From the NCBI RefSeq assembly GCF_009914755.1, contig NC_060939.1: a stretch of 64,000 bases of DNA; one strand, given 5' to 3'. Under the pieces are notes generated by a model, which was not told the DNA's origin, ran no database searches, and worked only from the letters and a program-made list of their open reading frames with translations. Each line of letters opens with the position of its first letter. Position 1 is the first letter of the stretch. Made by a program: the position numbers and the translations under genes. Origin of the DNA: the human T2T-CHM13v2.0 reference genome, Homo sapiens. Shown here one piece after another: positions 11,880 through 28,048 of the stretch.

Positions 11880-14265
11880 CAAAATCCAACACGTTTTCAT
11901 CATAAAAATGGTCAAAGTAGGAATAGAAGGGAACGTCCTCATCTAACAAAAGGTACCTGTGAAAAACCCACACCTAACAACATCATACTTAATGGGGAAA
12001 GCTTGGATGCTTTCTCTTTCAGATCAGTAGCAAGACAAGGATGTTTGTGCTCACCACTTCTATTCAATGTTGTACCAGAGATGCTTCTCAGGGCGATTAG
12101 GCAAGAAAAAGAAATAAAAGGCATCCAGATTGGAAAGGAAGAAAACGATCTCCAACTACTTCATCCTGTACATAGAAAATCCTAAGGCATCCACTTAAGA
12201 GCTGTTGCCAAACAAACAAGCCAGATTATAGTCTATAATTGACCTCTGAAACAAGGCTACAGTTTCAGAGACCGGTATGCAAAAATCAATAGTATTTCTA
12301 TATATAATCAATGAACAATCAAAAACTGAACAATTAAGATAACAAAATTAACAATCGCATCAAAATGAATAAAATCATAAGCAACAAATTTCAAGAAAGT
12401 ACCAAGTTTATACAATGAACACTACAAAACACTGTTGAAAGAAATCAAAGACAACCTAAATGAAAGGAATCAAATTCAGCATCCAGAAAAAATTCCTCAC
12501 ATTTATGATCAATTTCAACAACGATGCCCAAGACAATTCAATTGGGGAAAGAACAGTCTTTTCAACAAATGCTTCTGGAACATCTAGAGATCCACATGCA
12601 AAAGAAAAAAGTTGGACTCTTCCCTTACAAAACACACAAAAATGAACTCTCACATTACATACCTAAATGTAAGAGCTAAACCTATAAAATTTCTAGAAGA
12701 AAACATAGGAGTAAATCTCTGTGACTCTGGGTTAGGCAAAGAATTGTTCTTAGATATGATGCCAAAAAAAAATCAACAACAGAACATTATCAAAACTGAA
12801 AATTTTGCTTGAAAGGATAGCATCAAGGAAGTGAAATGACAACCCACAGAATGAGAGATAATTTTTGCAAATCATGTATCTGATAAGGGACCTGTAGTCA
12901 GAATATGCAAAGAACCCTTACAATTCAATAAGACAACCCAATTTAAAAACAGGCAAAGGATGTGAATAGGCATTTCTCCAAAGATACGGAAAAACGGCCA
13001 ATAAGCACATAAAAAGATGCTCAAAATCATTTGCCATTTGGGAAATGCAATCAAAACCACAATGAGGTATCACTTCACGCCCATTAGGGTGGCTATAGAT
13101 CAGAAAGTCAGATAACATGTGTTGGCAAGCACGTGGAAACACTGAAGTCCTTACACACTGCTGGTAGGAATGTAAAATGGTGCAGCCACTGTGGAAAACA
13201 GTTTTCCAATTTCTCAAAATGTTAAACACAGTTATCATACACCCAAGCAATTCTACTCTTAGGTATATACCCAAGAGAAATGAAAACATATGTCTTCACC
13301 AGAACTTGCTGTTCACAGCAGCATTATGCATAATAGACCAAAAGTGGAAACAACTCAACTGCCCATCAACTGGTGAATGGATAAGTAAAATGTGATGTAA
13401 CCAGTCATTGGACTGTCATTCATTAATAAAAAGAACAAGGTACTGATTCATGTTCTAACATGAGTGAATCTTGAAAACACTATGCTAAATTAAAGAAGCC
13501 AGTCACAAAAGGCCGTGTATTGCATGATTTTATATATACATGAACTTTTATATATATATAATTATATATATTATATATAATTTTATATATATAAATTTCT
13601 ATATATAAATATATAAAATCATATATCATATATGATATATATTTTTTCATATACATCATATATATTTACAAAAATTATATATCATATATCATATGATATA
13701 TGATATATATCATGATATATATGATATATGATATATATCATATGAGATATATGATATCATGAGATATATGATATCATATGATATATATGATATAGATATC
13801 ATATGATATATATATAATATGATATATATGATAGATATATTATATATGATATATATGATAGATATCATATTATATATGATAGATATGATAGATATCATAT
13901 TATATATGATAGATATGATAGATATCATATTATATATGATAGATATGATAGATATCATATTATATATGATAGATATGATAGATATCATATTATATATGAT
14001 ATCATATATATACCACATACATCATATATACATCATATATACATCATATATATCATACATATATATGAACTTTCCAGAATAGGTATATCAATAAAGACAG
14101 GAAGTATACAAGTGGTTGCCACAGCCTGAGAGGAGCAGGGAATGGTGAGTGACTGCTAATGGATATGGCACTTTTTTTGGGGGGTGATGAAAATGTTCTG
14201 GTCAGACAATGGCAATTACAAAACTGTATACACACGAAAAACCAAAGAATCACACACTTTAAAAG
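11880..14265 (+). mobile_element. Old L1 (L1M type): ORF2 fragments and 3' end
   Basis: ORF2-like [28 protein letters not shown] and VQPLWKTV; L1M 3' UTR motif GGGGTGATGAAAATGTTCTGG; interrupted by an AT-rich repeat. Confidence 0.85.
13530..14068. repeat. AT-rich minisatellite/low-complexity expansion inside the L1
   Basis: (TA)/(GATAT) arrays with four exact 30-bp units GATATCATATTATATATGATAGATATGATA at 13861-13980. Confidence 0.95.
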
Positions 14266-14269
14266 GGAG

Positions 14270-14446
14270 GATTTAGCTCGGCATGGTGGCATGCGCCTGT
14301 ACTCCCAGTTACTCGGGAGGCTGAAGCAGGACTGCTTAGAGCCCAGGACTTCAAGGCTGCAGCGAGCTATGATCGCTCCACTGCACTCCAACAAGGATGA
14401 CAGTGCGAGACCCGTTTTCTAAATAATAATAATAATAATAATAAAT
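14270..14446 (+). mobile_element. Alu monomer/right arm with (AAT)n tail
   Basis: GGCATGGTGGCATGCGCCTGT..CCCAG..ACTGCACTCCA followed by (AAT)n. Confidence 0.8.
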
Positions 14447-15672
14447 AACCCAAGGTACCCAGTTCACATGCAAAACCACTGGTAAACATAAATTATCTCC
14501 AAGTAATCTAGAAAGAAAATGAGCACATAAGACGTCTTCTAAAAACACACATATATTTCTTTACATGTTACATTTAACGTAAAAATCAGCTATGCAGAAG
14601 TTACATGAACATTTTATGTTGGAAAGGTAAATGACTATTATTAATACAGAATGGTTAAGTACATTTATGTTTTTATGTACAAACGCATAAAAGGAAAAGC
14701 ATCCTTAAAATAAACACCATCAATGGCTCCTCGGTGGTCACAAAACAAAATCCTCACACCTTTGTCTTCCTTCACAATTGAGCTTTATCCACCTTTTCAG
14801 GCTTATCTCCCATTATTACCTGACACAAACTTGGGTGGGCCAGAGTTTCCACTGACCATCCCCCGACTATTCATCCAACACTATGTTCACTGCCTCCCAT
14901 TCCTGACCATTTGCCTTTTGTCTTCAACTAATTCTGGGGACGTTTTGTCCAAATAAATGATCCATATTCTTGAAGGCTGGAATCAAGTCCTATTACAAAT
15001 ATATTTTCTCACCCTCTCCAGAGCATAGCAACCCAGCATCTACTGGCCTCTCACAGCTCTAACCATCCACAACCCTAAGCTGGCTTCTCATCAAACGGGT
15101 ACTTTTCACCACCCAAATTCAATTAATTCACTCTTACAATAATGAAGAATAGTCGCCTACAGCCTACCTTTTCCAGCCTTGATTCAATCATTTATCAATT
15201 TTATCTTCAAAGTCCCTCACTTCAGGGAGATGATATATCAGCTTTCACCCAGAGTCCTAAAGAACACAGCACTCTTGCCAATGACATAGTGCCACCTAGT
15301 GGCAACATAACGTAAATCACAGTGGCAGTAGGAGGATCTCCACACTACTTTTACAGGAATGCACTGCAGGTAAAAAATAAGAAGCTACAGTACTGTTTGG
15401 CAGGACAATTTGTTTCATACGTGCATACTATCGCCCTGACTAAATTAACTCTCAAGTCTTACAGGTATTATTTGTTTTCAGTTCCATGCACAGATTAGCC
15501 ATTTAGTACTTACTAAATCAAACTCAATTTCTGAAGTGTCTTACACCAATATATTCATGCACATATGGTTAAAATTTTCCTTGAGGATCTATCATGTGAG
15601 AGTGTGGCTTATTATAACAAGTAAACAGAACAAATAAATACAAAATGAAAAGAAATCGTATGATTTACTCGC

Positions 15673-15716
15673 ATATAAGGGAGCTTGTTGTGGATTAAGT
15701 TTCATGACCCAGGACA
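15673..15716 (-). pseudogene. Duplicated AKAP13 exon 2 (44 nt; first coding exon, MKLNPQQAPLY)
   Basis: Minus strand reads tttctgtttcag|TGTCCTGGGTC ATG AAA CTT AAT CCA CAA CAA GCT CCC TTA TAT|gcgagt. The peptide matches the recalled AKAP13 N-terminus. Confidence 0.8.
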
Positions 15717-17469
15717 CTGAAACAGAAATGGAATAAATGAGAATAAAATTAAAAGTTGTCATCAAAAATATAGAAGCCATCTAAAGACCTAGGTGTCAAG
15801 CATAGCTCTATGAGTACAATCCCGTGCCTGAGATTACCATATGCCCAGCTGTATGCTATACACTAAGAGATTTAGGAAGGAAGCGGGGTCAGGGATTGAC
15901 CCCAGACTCCATCTTTTCAAGTGGGGAAGAAAGATCTTCCGATTGAAAAATAAAGGCAAAAAAGGCTTCACCGTCACAGAAGTTTCAACAACCAACAGGA
16001 TATTTAAAACAGTTATCAAAGCAAAACCATTGTATGTTCACTTACATTTTTACATAGTCCCTCAAACTCACAAAATGCTGTTTACTCAGGGACTTCTTCC
16101 GGTCTTACTAGGGAGCCTGGAAAGTGAGGGGAGGATTGCAAGGGACCACTAGAACCCTCTTCCTCAATTCCCCTTCTCTGAGAAGGGAGGCTACAGCTTG
16201 CCTCTCTAACCACTAAAAGGCATGACCCTCCTCAAAGTTAATAGCCGGATTCCCTGATAGATATTTTCACTAAATGAATTCTCATAAAACTCTCACTAAG
16301 ATTTAGAGAAGGCTTCCAGGGTTGAATTCCTGAACATTAAGAACAGCATGTTTTTTAAAAGTTTAACTTGGTGATTGGACCAGGACTTCATCTAGGCTAT
16401 GAATGCTCAGAATGGTAGGTCCTTTACCAAACAGCTTGAGTTTGTGTATAAAGTGATCTCATCCTCTTAAGAGTCAGAGAAACAGAACCAAGCGACTTCA
16501 CTATAATTTGATCTGAGGAAGTTTCTTACTCACAATAGGTAAATGAAGGCACATACTAACCAGCAATATAAACAACAATATCAAGTGTCGTTCACACATG
16601 CAAAAAACAGACAAAATCCCAAACTCTGTGTTCTAACAAATCGCAAAAACCTCACTAACAATAAATTGAAATGACCAAATGTTTGGACTGAAAAGCAATG
16701 CCTTGGTAGCCTAGCCATGCCTAACTCAAATAACAGAACCATCTCGATGTTAAAATCCTCACAGATCAAGCTGTGTATGTCTCGGGTCAAGACTTCGCCA
16801 AAAAGCAGTGAGCACACACTTAAGAGGGAAAAAATCTACCTCAGCCTCCTAAATGCAATCATCTCTACACGAGTTGCAGGCCCCAAGCTTCAACGTGTTC
16901 TGCTGGACAACGCAGTAGAAAGCTGACAAGCAGGTGGCCTTCCCACACTGACTGAACCACCTCCATGCCCATGTCCATTCATTTTCTTGCCCACCCCATG
17001 TGCTATAACAGACCTCCTGGCTCAGGGCACTCTTTCCTTCCTGACTGCCTTCACTTAATGACTTTGTACTTTTAGGTGCAAAAATTATCTGCAGAAATCC
17101 ACACTGAAAACCAAGCTTGAGAAAGGCAGCAATAACCAACATTTTTACAAGAAGAACAAGGTCAATATCAAGCCCATCAGATTCAAATAGCAAGCATGGA
17201 TGAAAATGAAAGATTGAAAGGCTTGAGTGCCTTCTTAATGTATTAAATATCCATTTAATTTACAATTAAGCTCACTGTGCTCACTGGCCTTTTAATCAGC
17301 TTTCCAGGTCCTGCTCAGACTTGCCTAGGACATGGGAATGAAAGAACCTATACATTTATGGACCAATCTACCTTAACTAACTTGTCAAGTGTTCCTGCAT
17401 CAAGCAGAAGAAACATCAGTGAAACTGATACAGGAATTAACCCCTTGTTAATCCATAAAACTTAAAGGA

Positions 17470-17991
<522 letters not shown>

Positions 17992-20212
17992 ATTAGAGAA
18001 ATCTACAGAGACAAACTAGTGACTTAGTAGCCCTCTGATAGCTCATGATTTGCAAGAAACTTAGGATGACTATGTGTAAAGACCACAAACATCAATTTAA
18101 CTGAATGGTTCCCGCCACACTGGAATGAGGAAGCTGAGCAAACTCAGAGGACTCTAAGAAAGGGCTGATGTCATCTGAACTGTTCGGAATTATAAACTCC
18201 TCTAAACATGTTTCAAAGCCAGAACTTGTAGGAGTTGTTCTGATACACGGATTAAAAGAGGGATGACAAAGTGTCTGTCCCCCACACTGGTCAAAGGGAC
18301 AGGTCATTGTTATGCTGGCAATGCAGGCTGCTGAAAAGAATGTATCTGTCAAAAGTAATCAAAGTAATGACCCCAGAAGGCTCCAGAAACAGACTGGTAA
18401 ATTCAGGTTGCTTTCAGACTTCCACAATGCTGGCACACAAGGGGAAAGACAAAACTAACATTTACAGAGCATTATATTTGATATTACATTTAATCCCCAT
18501 TAAAAAGATACTATTTCCCGTTTCACTAGTGAAAAAGTTGATCTTTCAAAGGTTAAATTATTTAACACCAAGGTCAAAGGGTAAGTTGGAGAGACCAGAT
18601 TCAAACCCAGTCTGACATTAAAACATGTGTTTTCCCCCCACATCGTCTCCTGCTAATAACCTCAAATCTAAAAACTGACTTGCCCTACACCTTGAGCCCC
18701 ATCCTACAAACTCTCCCTGACGTTATTAATTCAGCTGTCACTGTGCACCTACAACGTGCCAGACACCATACTCCTCAACACTCTGTAGGCACAGAAGGAA
18801 CAGATAAAAATCCCTACCTTCATAGATATTATTCTAGGGGTAACACAGGTAAATAAAACATTAAAATAGTTTTCACATAGTAGCAAATTCCATATAGCAA
18901 AATAAAACAGAAGAAGGAATAGCAAATGAGGGAGATGCCCTCTTAAACATGGTGCTGAGGGAAGGCCTCCCTGAGAAAGATATCATTTACCCCAAATATA
19001 AAAAAGCAAGTAATAGAAAAAACAGGTAAAAGGTGTTCTAGACACTTAAACCTGCCACATTGAGAACTCAGGGTTCTGATGCAAAACCTCGCTGCATAGA
19101 ATGCATTAACTTATTTTTATACATTTAAACAAACAAACTCTACTTAAGAACTGTGTTCTAAAGGAAGGAGCATATTACAGGAAGGCAATTTTTGGTCAGA
19201 GTAGACACACTTAAAAACTAAACCTATTGAAAGACCAAGAACAACTGAAAGTCTTTGCTTTGTCAGATTTTTGACCAAAAGGAAAATTAAAGAAACACAC
19301 CGTGCCCATCCAATGATTTCACCAAGGAATTTTAAGAGAGAAAATCCTACTTCTTCCTCACCCAGTAGCCAGTGAAATGACTGAGCAAATTCACAAGTTC
19401 ACTGGGGCTGCTTTCATGTAACACAGGGACAACACATGACAGACACAGTGGAACCCTACAGGTTGCCTAGTATTTGAAAGACTGTGAAGAGGAGGAGATG
19501 TCAAAATTCAAAGTCTTAAATGATGTAGTTTTAAGTATGTTCAGCAATTTCACCACTCAGTAGTAAAGCCAGCTACAGTTGAAAGGAATCAGAAATTTGA
19601 GGGGTGTGAAATAAGCAGAAGCACAGAAGTTAAGGATTTGTATTCTTCCCACATTTTCCACTTTATTTTATACTGCTGAGAAAAAACAAATTTAATAGTT
19701 TTCTGCTGTATAAGAGAGACACATTCACTTTATGTCACAGTAAGAGTCACTCAATTTTAATACAACTATCTCAATGTATAAATTAACATTCTCCCCCCTG
19801 CCCACACATAGTAAGTCTCTTATGATGTTGCTGATTAGAGAAGCAAAAGTTGCCGCTACAATTCTCTTCCTGCATTTTAATATAAACAATCATCAGTCTT
19901 TTCTTCATAGAGTGCAGTGTGGGCACTATCATCAGAATGTACCAGCACTGGGTGTGCAAAGTTTACAAAGATTAGCAAGAGCAAAAGTGTTGAGATTTTT
20001 GAAATTCATGCTGCTGCAAAGAAGTATGTAAAAACTCACTCACCATAGAGGACCACACAGAAACTCAGGCATGAAGTTATATGGCTGTGTGAGTGGTTTG
20101 GGAGAAGGAACGGAAAGCACTTCCACCAACCTATATGCCTGAGCAAATTAATGCAAAACCTCAGAAGCTACAAAAAAGTTTATCTACCTAAATTAAAATT
20201 GGTGTCCACAGC

Positions 20213-20350
20213 AGTAGCCAGCAAAATGCCTGCGAAGCGCAAAGTGGTAAATATTTTAGGGTCTGTAGGTCATATGGTCTCTGTTAAACAATATGTAAAT
20301 GAATGGGTGTGGCTGTGTTCCAATAAAACTTCATTTATAAAAAGAGGCAG
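20213..20350. mobile_element. MER58-like DNA element fragment
   Basis: GTAAATATTTTAGG...GTGTGGCTGTGTTCCAATAAAACTT motif. Confidence 0.7.
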
Positions 20351-20445
20351 CATGGTACATCCAGTCAGCAAGCTATAATGTACCAACCCCCGGTCTAACA
20401 CTAACCAAATACCTCTTAATAAGCCAAAGAAACTGTGTCCTCTTA

Positions 20446-21811
<1,366 letters not shown>

Positions 21812-21911
21812 CTACTTCCAAATGGATGCCTGTCCCCATCAGTAATAACCAAGTCTATTCAAGTGCTAGATGTTAACTTTAAAAGAAGGAAACATCAAAA
21901 GTCCAAGTTTC

Positions 21912-22200
21912 AGCCGGGTGCAGTGGCTCATGCCTGTAATCCCAGCACTTTAGGAGGCTGAGGCGGGTGGATCACAAGGTCAGGAGTTCAAGACCAGCCT
22001 GGTCAATATGGTGAAACCCCGTCTCTACTAAAAATAAAAAATTAGTCAGGCATGGTGGCGTGTGCCTGTAGTCCCAGCTACTCGGGAGAGGCAGAAGATT
22101 CGCTTCAACCGGGGAAGCAGAGGTTGCAGTGAGCCAAGATCGTACTACTGCACTCCAGCCTGGGTGACAGAGCGAGACTCCGTCTCAAAAAAAAAAAAAA
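21912..22200 (+). mobile_element. Alu with target-site duplication
   Basis: TSD AAAAGTCCAAGT on both sides. Confidence 0.92.
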
Positions 22201-22388
22201 GTCCAAGTGTCTTCGCCTAGCTTTGTCAGGAATGTTTTTACCCTCAGTCTGTAAGTGTGACCAAATATATTTTTTAAAGGTTTACCCTCAATCTGTTAAG
22301 TTCAAAGGTTTACTATAATCTCTTCATAAGAAAACTATTGGAAAGATGGAATAAAATACACAGAAATGTCCTTAACAGGTAAATATTT

Positions 22389-22622
22389 ATTTTTCTTTCT
22401 TATTATTATACTTTAAGTTCTGGGGTATATGTGCAGAACGTGCAGGTTTGTTGCATAGGTACACACGTGCCATGGTGGTTTGCTGCACCCATCAACTCGT
22501 CATCTACACTAGGTATTTCTCCTAATGCTATCCCTCCCCTAGCCCCCCAACCCCCAACAGGCCCCAGTGTGTGATGTTCCCCCCTCCCTGTGTCCGTGTG
22601 TTCTCACTGTTCAACTCCCACT
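22389..22622 (-). mobile_element. 5'-truncated L1PA 3' end with 14-bp TSD
   Basis: TATTATACTTTAAGTTCTGGGGTA L1PA tail; ACAGGTAAATATTT at 22375-22388 and 22623-22636. Confidence 0.92.
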
Positions 22623-23501
22623 ACAGGTAAATATTTCTAGAATGTATCTACTCCATCAGCTAGTGTAAGTATTCTAAACTGTGCTAGTATAGCTGCTTTA
22701 AATCCTGCTTTCTTCTGCAAATGGTGGCACCTTTAAAGTGTTATCTTGAAGGGGAAGTGAGTGATTTGCTCATGTCTCTACTGAACTAACACTGTTAACA
22801 CCCAGTCCAGTTCTACCTTAAACAAGTCGGAGAAATACAGACATAATCCATACTTGTTATTTGTCAAGACTAAGGTAAAATAAGGAAAGTTGGAACTCAC
22901 TCATATCCTCTTATGACTGATGTACTGAAAACAATCCATCTCTCACCATTTCCTAAATAGCATAGTCACAAAGAGCTCTACCCTACCAAGTACTCTGCAA
23001 GTCCCACTCTCAAAGGAAGACTCACAGGTGACTGAGAAGATAAATTTGCTATTGTTTCCATTATCCTTCAGTTCATCTGACACCTTTGAAGAAATGCATT
23101 TGGATAAGACTCACAAGTCTCAGGGCCCCTTCTTTATGAAAGAAATAGCTAAGCCTCCATACTCAGAAGCATCAGACTTTTCAGAATGCTTAAGTCATGT
23201 AAAAACGTATCAAAATTATTATCATTACAGCTACCAGGAAATAGCTACCTACTCCATGTTAGATACTGCAGTTAAGTATCTCACACAGTTTCACTGATTT
23301 CTAACAACACTGCAAAGCATGTTACTAACCCTTAAGGAGTAGGAAGCTGAAGCTCTGAGAGGCTATGCAACTACTCAATGGAAATGTGGGGATGTGAACT
23401 CTACCTAGCTCCAAAGGGCGTACTTTTTTCTAAAATTTCTAATTTTTTTCCAATTTCACAATGGAGGCAGAGTTTTCACTACAATTTTAATAATTTCACC
23501 A

Positions 23502-23620
23502 GCTGGGTGGGGTGGCTCACGCCTGTAATTCCAGTACTGTGGGAGGCTGAGGTGGGAAGACGGCTTGGGTCCCGGGGAGACAACTGGGCAACAGTGAAGA
23601 TTCTGACTCTAAAAAAAATA
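23502..23620 (+). mobile_element. FLAM/Alu monomer
   Basis: GGTGGCTCACGCCTGTAAT motif, short A tail, AATTTCACCA TSD. Confidence 0.75.
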
Positions 23621-25224
23621 AGAATTTCACCAAAAGGGGGGACAGATTTCTAAATCGGAATCTCTTGTTAAAATCCTTAGAGCACTAGTTAAGCCCCACT
23701 TCTTTTCAAAAAATAACCGACAGATTAAAAAAAAGGTTAGAAATCCTTTTAAAGTAAATTTCATCAGAGATCTGCAAGTGAATTGTCATTTTGGACAAGT
23801 CCCCAGAGTTGGTGGCCCTCTCCTGTGTACACCAGCTACCACTAGGCAGTAAAAGTAATTTACCCAATTCAAACACATACCGTGCCTGCACTATGTTAAG
23901 ACCACTGGCAAAGAGGGTACAAAGTTAAATAAGGTCTATCACAGCCCTCAAGGAGTTAAAGGACTAGAGGAGGAGTCCATTTATAGTATAGTATGTGTGC
24001 AGTTACCATTTAGTCAAGGCAAACGAACTGTGAGAAATCCTACAACAATAGTACCTACAGTATAACATGCCATCACCGCCCACAGAAGGAAAGCAACTGG
24101 TGCCCTCGTCACGTTATGTTGTTAGTACTTGCTTACATGATGTCCCTCCCTGACAATCCCTTCCAACCTCTGTCAGCCTCCTTCCCCACAATCACACACA
24201 CACACAAAACCACACTGCCAGGAAGGGAAGCCATTGAGTGAGTATTGTGAATCCTACAAGTGGCTCTGTAGTTTAAAAGGGCAATGCCTGTGCCTGAAGA
24301 AAATTTGTCTTTAGCTTCATCAGGTGAAGAAAATTGGTTTTATAACACAAGGCCCACCAAACCAGAAAAGCCCAGGAACGCTTCTCCACAGGACTCACTT
24401 AGCACGAGAAATCACTCAGAGCAAAATGACGCACACAGTATTTGTCAAATTTTTCTTTTTCATTTAGCAGAAGGTAAGGTAAAAGACTACAACTGAAGTT
24501 AATAAATGACACTCTAGCCATTTTGATCATTTGTCACTATAAATGATAGACATTTAAGCTAGTTCCATCTGGGGAAGTGAAACAGAATCATGTTCATATA
24601 ATAAGCCAGACGAACCAAATTCAGTGGAATACGTGCACCCAAAACTGGACCAGACTTGTACTTAATGCAGCCTGCAAATCCCCAAGAGTCCACGACAGAA
24701 TACAAGAACAGTAACACTGGTTTATCTCAACTCATCTTAGCTCCCTCACAAACTTGCCAATAATGACCTTTCAAGAACTGCACCGTTGGTCCTCATCTGG
24801 GCAATCCCGTGGCTTAGAAAAACTGAATAAAGTGCTTCTTCGAAAAATAAAACAATGCGGGGAGGGGGGAGTAGTAACAAAAAAAAAGGCACACTGGTTT
24901 TTACTGTACTGAAGCAATAAATTCTCCAACGAACTTCATTAATGAGTATCAGCAAAGAATGAACACCAAAATACCGCTCAATCCAACTTTCATCGTGAAT
25001 TCTTGAATTCACAGTAGGATCATTAAATGTGACGGTATCACTCTGCTATAAAAACTATTTCCAAAACAAAACAAACCTATCTACCCCCTTTCTTGATTTA
25101 AAAAAAAAAAAAAGAAAAAAGAAGGAAAATTTGAGGGTTTTTGCTTTTTTCAACTTCACATACCGGTTTGCCTTTGCAAAAAAAAAAAAAAAAAAATGTT
25201 TAGTCTCAAAGTATAGCTGCAAGG

Positions 25225-26260
25225 TGGACCGGCTGCACGGGTCCCAGAGGGCCGCTCGCCTCCGACGGTCGCAGTTTCAGCCGGGCCGCGCCCGCGAGAA
25301 ACAGCGGAGAGGCCCCAGCAGGCGGGCGCCGCCGGACAGGTTTACCGTCCGCGTCGGCCCCGGGGAACCGCTCCCTCGCGCCCGCAGCACTTGTTCGCGG
25401 CGCGGACTCCACACCGCGGCCGCCCGCCCCAGGGGAGGAGTGAGTCCGCCCCAGCGGCGCCAACCCGGGGACCCGGGGCAAGGGTTCGGGGCCATCCGCC
25501 GCCGGGCGCGCCCCCCATCCGGAAAGCGGCGACGGCCCCCAAGTTGGGCTGCGGAGTGGGAGGCGCGCCGAGCCCCAAGCAGACAATGCGGGAGAAGGGT
25601 GATGCGCAGGGAGGAGGGGTCCGCAAAGCTGAGGTCCCCGCGCCGCCCGGCTACCCATCCGTGCCGCCCGCCCCTGAAGCCCCGCGCAGCCCCCGACCCT
25701 CCTCTGGGGCCCGCCCCACCGAGCGGCCGCAGGGGACGGGCCGCGCTCCGCACCCCGACCCCTCCTCAAATCACAAAACTTCCCCCAACTCCGCCAACTA
25801 AGTTGCGCTCTCACCGTGCGGCTCCCGGGGCTCCCCCGCGGGCCGAGCCGAGACAGCTCCTCACCTTCGCCGCGGAGAAAGACAATAGGCTGCCTCTCCC
25901 CCGGCGGCGGCAGCAGCGGCTGCGGCTAAAGCGGCGGCAACCGAGGCGAGCAGTGGGCACGGCGGTCTCGGCCGAGCCGAGGGGCTTCACCGCTGCTGTT
26001 CCGGCTCCGCGACAGCTCTGCACGTAGCCCCAGCCACCCCGCGCACCGGCTACAAGCCGCCCGGGGGTGGCCGGGGCACGCAAGAGGGCAGTAACGTCTG
26101 CGAGTCCTCCCGTGAGTACACGCGGAGCAAGGGCTGCGAGCTGGGATTGCACGGCAGAGCTGCCCATCCCGCTCCACGAGACCAATAGTAAGGCACCTGG
26201 GCGGGGCGCTCAGGTTGCTAAGGGAGGCTGAGGTTGACCGCCGGGGCTGCTCTGTGGCAA
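25225..26260 (-). promoter_or_regulatory. CpG island promoter and exon 1 derived from the AKAP13 5' end
   Basis: High CpG density; CCAAT at 26182-26186; GC box GGGCGGGGC near 26199-26207; donors GCGAAG|GTGAGG (exon end 25865) and GCCGCACG|GTGAGA (exon end 25815). The latter joined to exon 2 gives the recalled AKAP13 mRNA junction ...GGAGCCGCACG/TGTCCTGGGTCATG. Confidence 0.8.
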
Positions 26261-27335
26261 AGTGATCACAGCAGGGTGGCTGGCAGAGACTGCTCTGGGA
26301 AATGCCCACTCACGGTCTCCTCTCCGCCCTGTTTCTAGAAACTGCCCTTTCTCTGTGTGCTCGTGGTTACCTGAGCTGTAGCATTTAACCACACATCGTG
26401 AAATGATTTACTCCTCTATTTCCCCCACTTCAACTCAGGAAGTGGGGTTTAGTCTTCTGTGTCCACAGCCTAGGACAGTCTAAGGTATTAGGTATTAAAT
26501 ATAGGTATTAAACAAGTGTTGGATGGATGCACGGCGCTATGGCGGAATCACAATTGTGACAGTGCATTCCGTGAACTTTTGGCTACTCGATCACCACAGT
26601 CGTTCCGTGTTCAAGCTGCAAAGGACCTCAGAAATCATCGGATTGCTTTGAGAAACAAAATGTGGTCCGTGTACCAACGGCGGCCGAGGAGAATATATTA
26701 GCTGGTACACGGAGAAACTTCTTTTTTCAAATAGTTAAGTGTTTTAGTGCTCATTAGGAGGGAAATGCCTATCACGTCAAATCATTGTTTCATTAATGTT
26801 ACTTCTTAGGTCAAATAAAAAGTGGCAAAAAACAAGTGTATTTCAAGAAAAGTGTTAAGTGAAACTTGAGACACTTTATATGCAGTTCAAGAATGTAAAA
26901 TAGTAGTTGACAGTGATTGAAGTAAGAACAGTTGGTTAGGTAGGAGGAGAAGATTATTGGCTGGGAAGGAGGAGGAGGGAACCCTCTGTGGTGCTGATTC
27001 TGTATTTTGACCTGGGTGATGGATAACAAAAGTATGTACATCAATAAAAAATACATCCAGTGCACTTTAGATTAGTGCACTTTACACATTTTATACATGT
27101 ATTTTTAATGTCAATTTTTAAAAAATCTGGTATGGTATATACCCCCACAACCCCCCCCCCCCAAAAAAAATGCAAAGATGCAAATGACTGCCATTTGGGA
27201 AACACTGATCCAGGCAGGCTCACTAGCAGTGACCAAACACCTGAGAAAGGGTATTGTGAATACCTGATGTATGTGCCAGGAACTTCCATGGTTGAATAGC
27301 TCCAAATCTCAGAAATGCTCCTAACCTAGTGTTGA

Positions 27336-28048
<713 letters not shown>

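Noticed and set aside
13710-14082. Ile/Tyr-rich repetitive ORFs
   Set aside because: Artefacts of the AT-rich minisatellite.
25029-26027. 332-aa Arg/Pro-rich plus-strand ORF and overlapping ORFs
   Set aside because: Stop-codon depletion in a CpG island; non-ATG start and no domain.
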